Shown: positions 1 through 14,200 of the stretch, piece by piece
How the letters are laid out: each line of letters starts with the position of its first letter
Numbering within the stretch: position 1 is the stretch's first letter
Assembly: GCA_965112735.1 (NCBI GenBank)
Contig: OZ218963.1
Location: forward strand, 1 to 64,000
From: Phaeosaccion multiseriatum
Lineage: Eukaryota; Protista; Ochrophyta, other classes
Direction: 5' to 3'
DNA: 64,000 bases
Notes under the pieces: model-generated
Database searches by the model: none
Told to the model about the DNA's origin: nothing
Seen by the model: only the letters and a program-made list of their open reading frames with translations
Made by a program: the position numbers and the translations under genes

Positions 1-3000
1 TCCTAACCCTAACCCTAACCCTAACCCTAACCCTAACCCTAACCCTAACCCTAACCCTAACCCTAACCCTAACCCTAACCCTAACCCTAACCCTAACCCT
101 AACCCTAACCCTAACCCTAACCCTAACCCTAACCCTAACCCTAACCCTAACCCTAACCCTAACCCTAACCCTAACCCTAACCCTAACCCTAACCCTAACC
201 CTAACCCTAACCCTAACCCTAACCCTAACCCTAACCCTAACCCTAACCCTAACCCTAACCCTAACCCTAACCCTAACCCTAACCCTAACCCTAACCCTAA
301 CCCTAACCCTAACCCTAACCCTAACCCTAACCCTAACCCTAACCCTAACCCTAACCCTAACCCTAACCCTAACCCTAACCCTAACCCTAACCCTAACCCT
401 AACCCTAACCCTAACCCTAACCCTAACCCTAACCCTAACCCTAACCCTAACCCTAACCCTAACCCTAACCCTAACCCTAACCCTAACCCTAACCCTAACC
501 CTAACCCTAACCCTAACCCTAACCCTAACCCTAACCCTAACCCTAACCCTAACCCTAACCCTAACCCTAACCCTAACCCTAACCCTAACCCTAACCCTAA
601 CCCTAACCCTAACCCTAACCCTAACCCTAACCCTAACCCTAACCCTAACCCTAACCCTAACCCTAACCCTAACCCTAACCCTAACCCTAACCCTAACCCT
701 AACCCTAACCCTAACCCTAACCCTAACCCTAACCCTAACCCTAACCCTAACCCTAACCCTAACCCTAACCCTAACCCTAACCCTAACCCTAACCCTAACC
801 CTAACCCTAACCCTAACCCTAACCCTAACCCTAACCCTAACCCTAACCCTAACCCTAACCCTAACCCTAACCCTAACCCTAACCCTAACCCTAACCCTAA
901 CCCTAACCCTAACCCTAACCCTAACCCTAACCCTAACCCTAACCCTAACCCTAACCCTAACCCTAACCCTAACCCTAACCCTAACCCTAACCCTAACCCT
1001 AACCCTAACCCTAACCCTAACCCTAACCCTAACCCTAACCCTAACCCTAACCCTAACCCTAACCCTAACCCTAACCCTAACCCTAACCCTAACCCTAACC
1101 CTAACCCTAACCCTAACCCTAACCCTAACCCTAACCCTAACCCTAACCCTAACCCTAACCCTAACCCTAACCCTAACCCTAACCCTAACCCTAACCCTAA
1201 CCCTAACCCTAACCCTAACCCTAACCCTAACCCTAACCCTAACCCTAACCCTAACCCTAACCCTAACCCTAACCCTAACCCTAACCCTAACCCTAACCCT
1301 AACCCTAACCCTAACCCTAACCCTAACCCTAACCCTAACCCTAACCCTAACCCTAACCCTAACCCTAACCCTAACCCTAACCCTAACCCTAACCCTAACC
1401 CTAACCCTAACCCTAACCCTAACCCTAACCCTAACCCTAACCCTAACCCTAACCCTAACCCTAACCCTAACCCTAACCCTAACCCTAACCCTAACCCTAA
1501 CCCTAACCCTAACCCTAACCCTAACCCTAACCCTAACCCTAACCCTAACCCTAACCCTAACCCTAACCCTAACCCTAACCCTAACCCTAACCCTAACCCT
1601 AACCCTAACCCTAACCCTAACCCTAACCCTAACCCTAACCCTAACCCTAACCCTAACCCTAACCCTAACCCTAACCCTAACCCTAACCCTAACCCTAACC
1701 CTAACCCTAACCCTAACCCTAACCCTAACCCTAACCCTAACCCTAACCCTAACCCTAACCCTAACCCTAACCCTAACCCTAACCCTAACCCTAACCCTAA
1801 CCCTAACCCTAACCCTAACCCTAACCCTAACCCTAACCCTAACCCTAACCCTAACCCTAACCCTAACCCTAACCCTAACCCTAACCCTAACCCTAACCCT
1901 AACCCTAACCCTAACCCTAACCCTAACCCTAACCCTAACCCTAACCCTAACCCTAACCCTAACCCTAACCCTAACCCTAACCCTAACCCTAACCCTAACC
2001 CTAACCCTAACCCTAACCCTAACCCTAACCCTAACCCTAACCCTAACCCTAACCCTAACCCTAACCCTAACCCTAACCCTAACCCTAACCCTAACCCTAA
2101 CCCTAACCCTAACCCTAACCCTAACCCTAACCCTAACCCTAACCCTAACCCTAACCCTAACCCTAACCCTAACCCTAACCCTAACCCTAACCCTAACCCT
2201 AACCCTAACCCTAACCCTAACCCTAACCCTAACCCTAACCCTAACCCTAACCCTAACCCTAACCCTAACCCTAACCCTAACCCTAACCCTAACCCTAACC
2301 CTAACCCTAACCCTAACCCTAACCCTAACCCTAACCCTAACCCTAACCCTAACCCTAACCCTAACCCTAACCCTAACCCTAACCCTAACCCTAACCCTAA
2401 CCCTAACCCTAACCCTAACCCTAACCCTAACCCTAACCCTAACCCTAACCCTAACCCTAACCCTAACCCTAACCCTAACCCTAACCCTAACCCTAACCCT
2501 AACCCTAACCCTAACCCTAACCCTAACCCTAACCCTAACCCTAACCCTAACCCTAACCCTAACCCTAACCCTAACCCTAACCCTAACCCTAACCCTAACC
2601 CTAACCCTAACCCTAACCCTAACCCTAACCCTAACCCTAACCCTAACCCTAACCCTAACCCTAACCCTAACCCTAACCCTAACCCTAACCCTAACCCTAA
2701 CCCTAACCCTAACCCTAACCCTAACCCTAACCCTAACCCTAACCCTAACCCTAACCCTAACCCTAACCCTAACCCTAACCCTAACCCTAACCCTAACCCT
2801 AACCCTAACCCTAACCCTAACCCTAACCCTAACCCTAACCCTAACCCTAACCCTAACCCTAACCCTAACCCTAACCCTAACCCTAACCCTAACCCTAACC
2901 CTAACCCTAACCCTAACCCTAACCCTAACCCTAACCCTAACCCTAACCCTAACCCTAACCCTAACCCTAACCCTAACCCTAACCCTAACCCTAACCCTAA

Positions 3001-6000
3001 CCCTAACCCTAACCCTAACCCTAACCCTAACCCTAACCCTAACCCTAACCCTAACCCTAACCCTAACCCTAACCCTAACCCTAACCCTAACCCTAACCCT
3101 AACCCTAACCCTAACCCTAACCCTAACCCTAACCCTAACCCTAACCCTAACCCTAACCCTAACCCTAACCCTAACCCTAACCCTAACCCTAACCCTAACC
3201 CTAACCCTAACCCTAACCCTAACCCTAACCCTAACCCTAACCCTAACCCTAACCCTAACCCTAACCCTAACCCTAACCCTAACCCTAACCCTAACCCTAA
3301 CCCTAACCCTAACCCTAACCCTAACCCTAACCCTAACCCTAACCCTAACCCTAACCCTAACCCTAACCCTAACCCTAACCCTAACCCTAACCCTAACCCT
3401 AACCCTAACCCTAACCCTAACCCTAACCCTAACCCTAACCCTAACCCTAACCCTAACCCTAACCCTAACCCTAACCCTAACCCTAACCCTAACCCTAACC
3501 CTAACCCTAACCCTAACCCTAACCCTAACCCTAACCCTAACCCTAACCCTAACCCTAACCCTAACCCTAACCCTAACCCTAACCCTAACCCTAACCCTAA
3601 CCCTAACCCTAACCCTAACCCTAACCCTAACCCTAACCCTAACCCTAACCCTAACCCTAACCCTAACCCTAACCCTAACCCTAACCCTAACCCTAACCCT
3701 AACCCTAACCCTAACCCTAACCCTAACCCTAACCCTAACCCTAACCCTAACCCTAACCCTAACCCTAACCCTAACCCTAACCCTAACCCTAACCCTAACC
3801 CTAACCCTAACCCTAACCCTAACCCTAACCCTAACCCTAACCCTAACCCTAACCCTAACCCTAACCCTAACCCTAACCCTAACCCTAACCCTAACCCTAA
3901 CCCTAACCCTAACCCTAACCCTAACCCTAACCCTAACCCTAACCCTAACCCTAACCCTAACCCTAACCCTAACCCTAACCCTAACCCTAACCCTAACCCT
4001 AACCCTAACCCTAACCCTAACCCTAACCCTAACCCTAACCCTAACCCTAACCCTAACCCTAACCCTAACCCTAACCCTAACCCTAACCCTAACCCTAACC
4101 CTAACCCTAACCCTAACCCTAACCCTAACCCTAACCCTAACCCTAACCCTAACCCTAACCCTAACCCTAACCCTAACCCTAACCCTAACCCTAACCCTAA
4201 CCCTAACCCTAACCCTAACCCTAACCCTAACCCTAACCCTAACCCTAACCCTAACCCTAACCCTAACCCTAACCCTAACCCTAACCCTAACCCTAACCCT
4301 AACCCTAACCCTAACCCTAACCCTAACCCTAACCCTAACCCTAACCCTAACCCTAACCCTAACCCTAACCCTAACCCTAACCCTAACCCTAACCCTAACC
4401 CTAACCCTAACCCTAACCCTAACCCTAACCCTAACCCTAACCCTAACCCTAACCCTAACCCTAACCCTAACCCTAACCCTAACCCTAACCCTAACCCTAA
4501 CCCTAACCCTAACCCTAACCCTAACCCTAACCCTAACCCTAACCCTAACCCTAACCCTAACCCTAACCCTAACCCTAACCCTAACCCTAACCCTAACCCT
4601 AACCCTAACCCTAACCCTAACCCTAACCCTAACCCTAACCCTAACCCTAACCCTAACCCTAACCCTAACCCTAACCCTAACCCTAACCCTAACCCTAACC
4701 CTAACCCTAACCCTAACCCTAACCCTAACCCTAACCCTAACCCTAACCCTAACCCTAACCCTAACCCTAACCCTAACCCTAACCCTAACCCTAACCCTAA
4801 CCCTAACCCTAACCCTAACCCTAACCCTAACCCTAACCCTAACCCTAACCCTAACCCTAACCCTAACCCTAACCCTAACCCTAACCCTAACCCTAACCCT
4901 AACCCTAACCCTAACCCTAACCCTAACCCTAACCCTAACCCTAACCCTAACCCTAACCCTAACCCTAACCCTAACCCTAACCCTAACCCTAACCCTAACC
5001 CTAACCCTAACCCTAACCCTAACCCTAACCCTAACCCTAACCCTAACCCTAACCCTAACCCTAACCCTAACCCTAACCCTAACCCTAACCCTAACCCTAA
5101 CCCTAACCCTAACCCTAACCCTAACCCTAACCCTAACCCTAACCCTAACCCTAACCCTAACCCTAACCCTAACCCTAACCCTAACCCTAACCCTAACCCT
5201 AACCCTAACCCTAACCCTAACCCTAACCCTAACCCTAACCCTAACCCTAACCCTAACCCTAACCCTAACCCTAACCCTAACCCTAACCCTAACCCTAACC
5301 CTAACCCTAACCCTAACCCTAACCCTAACCCTAACCCTAACCCTAACCCTAACCCTAACCCTAACCCTAACCCTAACCCTAACCCTAACCCTAACCCTAA
5401 CCCTAACCCTAACCCTAACCCTAACCCTAACCCTAACCCTAACCCTAACCCTAACCCTAACCCTAACCCTAACCCTAACCCTAACCCTAACCCTAACCCT
5501 AACCCTAACCCTAACCCTAACCCTAACCCTAACCCTAACCCTAACCCTAACCCTAACCCTAACCCTAACCCTAACCCTAACCCTAACCCTAACCCTAACC
5601 CTAACCCTAACCCTAACCCTAACCCTAACCCTAACCCTAACCCTAACCCTAACCCTAACCCTAACCCTAACCCTAACCCTAACCCTAACCCTAACCCTAA
5701 CCCTAACCCTAACCCTAACCCTAACCCTAACCCTAACCCTAACCCTAACCCTAACCCTAACCCTAACCCTAACCCTAACCCTAACCCTAACCCTAACCCT
5801 AACCCTAACCCTAACCCTAACCCTAACCCTAACCCTAACCCTAACCCTAACCCTAACCCTAACCCTAACCCTAACCCTAACCCTAACCCTAACCCTAACC
5901 CTAACCCTAACCCTAACCCTAACCCTAACCCTAACCCTAACCCTAACCCTAACCCTAACCCTAACCCTAACCCTAACCCTAACCCTAACCCTAACCCTAA

Positions 6001-8231
6001 CCCTAACCCTAACCCTAACCCTAACCCTAACCCTAACCCTAACCCTAACCCTAACCCTAACCCTAACCCTAACCCTAACCCTAACCCTAACCCTAACCCT
6101 AACCCTAACCCTAACCCTAACCCTAACCCTAACCCTAACCCTAACCCTAACCCTAACCCTAACCCTAACCCTAACCCTAACCCTAACCCTAACCCTAACC
6201 CTAACCCTAACCCTAACCCTAACCCTAACCCTAACCCTAACCCTAACCCTAACCCTAACCCTAACCCTAACCCTAACCCTAACCCTAACCCTAACCCTAA
6301 CCCTAACCCTAACCCTAACCCTAACCCTAACCCTAACCCTAACCCTAACCCTAACCCTAACCCTAACCCTAACCCTAACCCTAACCCTAACCCTAACCCT
6401 AACCCTAACCCTAACCCTAACCCTAACCCTAACCCTAACCCTAACCCTAACCCTAACCCTAACCCTAACCCTAACCCTAACCCTAACCCTAACCCTAACC
6501 CTAACCCTAACCCTAACCCTAACCCTAACCCTAACCCTAACCCTAACCCTAACCCTAACCCTAACCCTAACCCTAACCCTAACCCTAACCCTAACCCTAA
6601 CCCTAACCCTAACCCTAACCCTAACCCTAACCCTAACCCTAACCCTAACCCTAACCCTAACCCTAACCCTAACCCTAACCCTAACCCTAACCCTAACCCT
6701 AACCCTAACCCTAACCCTAACCCTAACCCTAACCCTAACCCTAACCCTAACCCTAACCCTAACCCTAACCCTAACCCTAACCCTAACCCTAACCCTAACC
6801 CTAACCCTAACCCTAACCCTAACCCTAACCCTAACCCTAACCCTAACCCTAACCCTAACCCTAACCCTAACCCTAACCCTAACCCTAACCCTAACCCTAA
6901 CCCTAACCCTAACCCTAACCCTAACCCTAACCCTAACCCTAACCCTAACCCTAACCCTAACCCTAACCCTAACCCTAACCCTAACCCTAACCCTAACCCT
7001 AACCCTAACCCTAACCCTAACCCTAACCCTAACCCTAACCCTAACCCTAACCCTAACCCTAACCCTAACCCTAACCCTAACCCTAACCCTAACCCTAACC
7101 CTAACCCTAACCCTAACCCTAACCCTAACCCTAACCCTAACCCTAACCCTAACCCTAACCCTAACCCTAACCCTAACCCTAACCCTAACCCTAACCCTAA
7201 CCCTAACCCTAACCCTAACCCTAACCCTAACCCTAACCCTAACCCTAACCCTAACCCTAACCCTAACCCTAACCCTAACCCTAACCCTAACCCTAACCCT
7301 AACCCTAACCCCTAACCCTAACCCTAACCCTAACCCTAACCCTAACCCTAACCCTAACCCTAACCCTAACCCTAACCCTAACCCTAACCCTAACCCTAAC
7401 CCTAACCCTAACCCTAACCCTAACCCTAACCCTAACCCTAACCCTAACCCTAACCCTAACCCTAACCCTAACCCTAACCCTAACCCTAACCCTAACCCTA
7501 ACCCTAACCCTAACCCTAACCCTAACCCTAACCCTAACCCTAACCCTAACCCTAACCCTAACCCTAACCCTAACCCTAACCCTAACCCTAACCCTAACCC
7601 TAACCCTAACCCTAACCCTAACCCTAACCCTAACCCTAACCCTAACCCTAACCCTAACCCTAACCCTAACCCTAACCCTAACCCTAACCCTAACCCTAAC
7701 CCTAACCCTAACCCTAACCCTAACCCTAACCCTAACCCTAACCCTAACCCTAACCCTAACCCTAACCCTAACCCTAACCCTAACCCTAACCCTAACCCTA
7801 ACCCTAACCCTAACCCTAACCCTAACCCTAACCCTAACCCTAACCCTAACCCTAACCCTAACCCTAACCCTAACCCTAACCCTAACCCTAACCCTAACCC
7901 TAACCCTAACCCTAACCCTAACCCTAACCCTAACCCTAACCCTAACCCTAACCCTAACCCTAACCCTAACCCTAACCCTAACCCTAACCCTAACCCTAAC
8001 CCTAACCCTAACCCTAACCCTAACCCTAACCCTAACCCTAACCCTAACCCTAACCCTAACCCTAACCCTAACCCTAACCCTAACCCTAACCCTAACCCTA
8101 ACCCTAACCCTAACCCTAACCCTAACCCTAACCCTAACCCTAACCCTAACTAACCCTAACCCTAACCCTAACCCTAACCCTAACCCTAACCCTAACCCTA
8201 ACCCTAACCCTAACCCTAACCCTAACCCTAA
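1..8231. repeat. Telomere, (CCCTAA)n / (TTAGGG)n, ~1370 copies
   Basis: CCCTAA from the window start, with the C-rich strand on + as expected for a left chromosome end. Only two variant units: CCCCTAA near 7309 and a CC deletion near 8150. Confidence 0.99.
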
Positions 8232-11200
8232 GTGGTTCTCAAGTGGTTCTCGAGTCTTGAGGCCTCGGACGAAGTGGTTCTCCACTGGTTCTCGAGTCCT
8301 GAGGCCGCGGACGAAGTGGTTCTCCACTGGTTCTCGAGTCCTGAGGCCTCGGACGAAGTGGTTCTCCACTGGTTCTCGCGTCCTGAGGCCTCGGACGAAG
8401 TGGTTCTGAAGTGGTTCTCGAGTCCTGAGGCCTCGGACGAAGTGGTTCTCCACTGGTTCTCGCGTCCTGAGGCCGCGGACGAAGTGGTTCTCCACTGGTT
8501 CTCGAGTCCTGAGGCCTCGGACGAAGTGGTTCTCAAGTGGTTCTCGAGTCCTGAGGCCGCGGACGAAGTGGTTCTCCACTGGTTCTCGCGTCCTGAGGCC
8601 TCGGAGGAAGTGGTTCTCAAGTGGTTCTCGAGTCCTGAGGCCTCGGACGAAGTGGTTCTCAAGTGGTTCTCGAGTCCTGAGGCCGCAGACGAAGTGGTTC
8701 TCCACTGGTTCTCGAGTCCTGAGGCCTCGGACGAAGTGGTTCTCCACTGGTTCTCGAGTCCTGAGGCCGCGGACGAAGTGTTCCTCCACTGGTTCTCGCG
8801 TCCTGAGGCCTCGGACGAAGTGGTTCTCAAGTGGTTCTCGAGTCCTGAGGCCCCGGACGAAGTGGTTCTCCACTGGTTCTCGCGTCCTGAGGCCTCGGAC
8901 GAAGTGGTTCTCCACTGGTTCTCGAGTCCTGAGGCCTCGGACGAAGTGGTTCTCCACTGGTTCTCGCGTCCTGAGGCCTCGGACGAAGTGGTTCTCCACT
9001 GGTTCTCGAGTCCTGAGGCCTCGGTGGAAGTGGTTCTCCACTGGTTCTCGCGTCCTGAGGCCTCGGACGAAGTGGTTCTCAAGTGGTTCTCGAGTCCTGA
9101 GGCCTCGGACGAAGTGGTTCTCCACTGGTTCTCGCGTCCTGAGGCCCCGGACGAAGTGGTTCTCCACTGGTTCTCGAGTCCTGAGGCCCCGGACGAAGTG
9201 GTTCTCCACTGGTTCTCGCGTCCTGAGGCCACGGACGAAGTGGTTCTCCACTGGTTCTCGAGTCCTGAGGCCTCGGACGAAGTGGTTCTCAAGTGGTTCT
9301 CGGGTCCTGAGGCCTCGGACGAAGTGGTTCTCAAGTGGTTCTCGAGTCCTGAGGCCGCGGACGAAGTGGTTCTCCACTGGTTCTCGCGTCCTGAGGCCTC
9401 GGAGGAAGTGGTTCTCAAGTGGTTCTCGAGTCCTGAGGCCTCGGACGAAGTGGTTCTCAAGTGGTTCTCGAGTCCTGAGGCCGCGGACGAAGTGGTTCTC
9501 CACTGGTTCTCGAGTCCTGAGGCCTCGGACGAAGTGGTTCTCCACTGGTTCTCGAGTCCTGAGGCCGCGGACGAAGTGTTCCTCCACTGGTTCTCGCGTC
9601 CTGAGGCCTCGGACGAAGTGGTTCTCAAGTGGTTCTCGAGTCCTGAGGCCCCGGACGAAGTGGTTCTCCACTGGTTCTCGCGTCCTGAGGCCTCGGACGA
9701 AGTGGTTCTCAAGTGGTTCTCGAGTCCTGAGGCCTCGGACGAAGTGGTTCTCCACTGGTTCTCGCGTCCTGAGGCCTCGGACGAAGTGGTTCTCCACTGG
9801 TTCTCGAGTCCTGAGGCCTCGGACGAAGTGGTTCTCAAGTGGTTCTCGAGTCCTGAGGCCGCGGACGAAGTGGTTCTCCACTGGTTCTCGAGTCCTGAGG
9901 CCGCGGACGAAGTGGTTCTCAAGTGGTTCTCGAGTCCTGAGGCCCCGGACGAAGTGGTTCTCCACTGGTTCTCGCGACCTGAGGCCTCGGACGAAGTGGT
10001 TCTCAAGTGGTTCTCGAGTCCTGAGGCCTCGGACGAAGTGGTTCTCCACTGGTTCTCGCGTCCTGAGGCCTCGGACGAAGTGGTTCTCCACTGGTTCTCG
10101 AGTCCTGAGGCCTCGGAGGAAGTGGTTCTCAAGTGGTTCTTGAGTCCTGAGGCCTCGGACGAAGTGGTTCTCAAGTGGTTCTCGGGTCATGAGGCCTCGG
10201 ACGAAGTGGTTCTCAAGTGGTTCTCGAGTCCTGAGGCCGCGGACGAAGTGGTGCTCCACTGGTTCTCACGTCCTGAGGCCGCGGACGAAGTGGTTCTTCA
10301 CTGGTTCTCGCGTCCTGAGGCCTCGGACGAAGTGGTTCTCAAGTGGCTCTCGAGTCCTGAGGCCTCGGACGAAGTGGTTCTCAAGTGGTTCTCGAGTCCT
10401 GAGGCCTCGGACGAAGTGGTTCTCCACTGGTTCTCGAGTCCTGAGGCCTCGGACGAAGTGATTCTCCACTGGTTCTCGAGTCCTGAGGCCTCGGACGAAG
10501 TGGTTCTCAAGTGGTTCTCGAGTCCTGAGGCCGCGGACGAAGTGGTTCTCCACTGGTTCTCGAGTCCTGAGGCCTCGGACGAAGTGGTTCTCCACTGGTT
10601 CTCGAGTCCTGAGGCCGCGGACGAAGTGTTCCTCCACTGGTTCTCGCGTCCTGAGGCCTCGGACGAAGTGGTTCTCAAGTGGTTCTCGAGTCCTGAGGCC
10701 TCGGACGAAGTGGTTCTCCACTGGTTCTCGAGTCCTGAGGCCTCGGACGAAGTGGTTCTCCACTGGTTTTCGAGTCCTGAGGCCGCGGACGAAGTGGTTC
10801 TTCACTGGTTCTCGCGTCCTGAGGCCTCGGACGAAGTGGTTCTCAAGTGGTTCTCGAGTCCTGAGGCCTCGGACGAAGTGGTTCTCCACTGGTTCTCGAG
10901 TCCTGAGGCCCCGGACGAAGTGGTTCTCCACTGGTTCTCGCGTCCTGAGGCCTCGGACGAAGTGGTTCTCAAGTGGTTCTCGAGTCCTGAGGCCGCGGAC
11001 GAAGTGGTTCTCCACTGGTTCTCGCGTCCTGAGGCCTCGGAAGAAGTGGTTCTCATGTGGTTCTCGGGTCCTGAGGCCTCGGTGGAAGTGGTTCTCAAGT
11101 GGTTCTCGGGTCCTGAGGCCTCGGACGAAGTGGTTCTCAAGTGGTTCTCGAGTCCTGAGGCCGCGGACGAAGTGGTTCTCCACTGGTTCTCGCGTCCTGA

Positions 11201-14200
11201 GGCCTCGGACGAAGTGGTTCTCAAGTGGTTCTCGAGTCCTGAGGCCTCGGACGAAGTGGTTCTCCACTGGTTCTCGAGTCCTGAGGCCGCGGACGAAGTG
11301 GTTCTCCACTGGTTCTCGAGTCCTGAGGCCTCGGACGAAGTGGTTCTCAAGTGGTTCTCGGGTCCTGAGGCCTCGGACGAAGTGGTTCTCAAGTGGTTCT
11401 CGAGTCCTGAGGCCGCGGACGAAGTGGTTCTCCACTGGTTCTCGCGTCCTGAGGCCTCGGACGAAGTGGTTCTCAAGTGGTTCTCGAGTCCTGAGGCCCC
11501 GGACGAAGTGGTTCTCCACTGGTTCTCGAGTCCTGAGGCCCCGGACGAAGTGGTTCTCCACTGGTTCTCGCGTCCTGAGGCCTCGGACGAAGTGGTTCTC
11601 AAGTGGTTCTCGAGTCCTGAGGCCGCGGACGAAGTGGTTCTCCACTGGTTCTCGCGTCCTGAGGCCTCGGAAGAAGTGGTTCTCATGTGGTTCTCGGGTC
11701 CTGAGGCCTCGGTGGAAGTGGTTCTCAAGTGGTTCTCGGGTCCTGAGGCCTCGGACGAAGTGGTTCTCAAGTGGTTCTCGAGTCCTGAGGCCGCGGACGA
11801 AGTGGTTCTCCACTGGTTCTCGCGTCCTGAGGCCTCGGACGAAGTGGTTCTCAAGTGGTTCTCGAGTCCTGAGGCCTCGGACGAAGTGGTTCTCCACTGG
11901 TTCTCGAGTCCTGAGGCCTCGGACGAAGTGGTTCTCAAGTGGTTCTCGGGTCCTGAGGCCTCGGACGAAGTGGTTCTCAAGTGGTTCTCGAGTCCTGAGG
12001 CCGCGGACGAAGTGGTTCTCCACTGGTTCTCGCGTCCTGAGGCCTCGGACGAAGTGGTTCTCAAGTGGTTCTCGAGTCCTGAGGCCCCGGACGAAGTGGT
12101 TCTCCACTGGTTCTCGAGTCCTGAGGCCCCGGACGAAGTGGTTCTCCACTGGTTCTCGCGTCCTGAGGCCTCGGACGAAGTGGTTCTCAAGTGGTTCTCG
12201 AGTCCTGAGGCCGCGGACGAAGTGGTTCTCCACTGGTTCTCGCGTCCTGAGGCCTCGGAAGAAGTGGTTCTCCACTGGTTCTCGAGTCCTGAGGCCGCGG
12301 ACGAAGTGTTCCTCCACTGGTTCTCGCGTCCTGAGGCCTCGGACGAAGTGGTTCTCAAGTGGTTCTCGAGTCCTGAGGCCCCGGACGAAGTGGTTCTCCA
12401 CTGGTTCTCGCGTCCTGAGGCCTCGGACGAAGTGGTTCTCCACTGGTTCTCGAGTCCTGAGGCCTCGGACGAAGTGGTTCTCCACTGGTTCTCGCGTCCT
12501 GAGGCCTCGGACGAAGTGGTTCTCCACTGGTTCTCGAGTCCTGAGGCCTCGGTGGAAGTGGTTCTCCACTGGTTCTCGCGTCCTGAGGCCTCGGACGAAG
12601 TGGTTCTCAAGTGGTTCTCGAGTCCTGAGGCCTCGGACGAAGTGGTTCTCCACTGGTTCTCGCGTCCTGAGGCCCCGGACGAAGTGGTTCTCCACTGGTT
12701 CTCGAGTCCTGAGGCCCCGGACGAAGTGGTTCTCCACTGGTTCTCGCGTCCTGAGGCCACGGACGAAGTGGTTCTCCACTGGTTCTCGAGTCCTGAGGCC
12801 TCGGACGAAGTGGTTCTCAAGTGGTTCTCGGGTCCTGAGGCCTCGGACGAAGTGGTTCTCAAGTGGTTCTCGAGTCCTGAGGCCGCGGACGAAGTGGTTC
12901 TCCACTGGTTCTCGCGTCCTGAGGCCTCGGAGGAAGTGGTTCTCAAGTGGTTCTCGAGTCCTGAGGCCTCGGACGAAGTGGTTCTCAAGTGGTTCTCGAG
13001 TCCTGAGGCCGCGGACGAAGTGGTTCTCCACTGGTTCTCGAGTCCTGAGGCCTCGGACGAAGTGGTTCTCCACTGGTTCTCGAGTCCTGAGGCCGCGGAC
13101 GAAGTGTTCCTCCACTGGTTCTCGCGTCCTGAGGCCTCGGACGAAGTGGTTCTCAAGTGGTTCTCGAGTCCTGAGGCCCCGGACGAAGTGGTTCTCCACT
13201 GGTTCTCGCGTCCTGAGGCCTCGGACGAAGTGGTTCTCAAGTGGTTCTCGAGTCCTGAGGCCTCGGACGAAGTGGTTCTCCACTGGTTCTCGCGTCCTGA
13301 GGCCTCGGACGAAGTGGTTCTCAAGTGGTTCTCGAGTCCTGAGGCCGCGGACGAAGTGGTTCTCCACTGGTTCTCGAGTCCTGAGGCCGCGGACGAAGTG
13401 GTTCTCAAGTGGTTCTCGAGTCCTGAGGCCCCGGACGAAGTGGTTCTCCACTGGTTCTCGCGACCTGAGGCCTCGGACGAAGTGGTTCTCAAGTGGTTCT
13501 CGAGTCCTGAGGCCTCGGACGAAGTGGTTCTCCACTGGTTCTCGCGTCCTGAGGCCTCGGACGAAGTGGTTCTCCACTGGTTCTCGAGTCCTGAGGCCTC
13601 GGAGGAAGTGGTTCTCAAGTGGTTCTTGAGTCCTGAGGCCTCGGACGAAGTGGTTCTCAAGTGGTTCTCGGGTCATGAGGCCTCGGACGAAGTGGTTCTC
13701 AAGTGGTTCTCGAGTCCTGAGGCCGCGGACGAAGTGGTGCTCCACTGGTTCTCACGTCCTGAGGCCGCGGACGAAGTGGTTCTTCACTGGTTCTCGCGTC
13801 CTGAGGCCTCGGACGAAGTGGTTCTCAAGTGGCTCTCGAGTCCTGAGGCCTCGGACGAAGTGGTTCTCAAGTGGTTCTCGAGTCCTGAGGCCTCGGACGA
13901 AGTGGTTCTCCACTGGTTCTCGAGTCCTGAGGCCTCGGACGAAGTGATTCTCCACTGGTTCTCGAGTCCTGAGGCCTCGGACGAAGTGGTTCTCAAGTGG
14001 TTCTCGAGTCCTGAGGCCGCGGACGAAGTGGTTCTCCACTGGTTCTCGAGTCCTGAGGCCTCGGACGAAGTGGTTCTCCACTGGTTCTCGAGTCCTGAGG
14101 CCGCGGACGAAGTGTTCCTCCACTGGTTCTCGCGTCCTGAGGCCTCGGACGAAGTGGTTCTCAAGTGGTTCTCGAGTCCTGAGGCCTCGGACGAAGTGGT

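Noticed and set aside
8250-8275. Heat-shock-element-like GAA/TTC words in the satellite
   Set aside because: The spacing GAA-N4-TTC does not fit nGAAnnTTCn; only one degenerate TTCnnGAG per unit.
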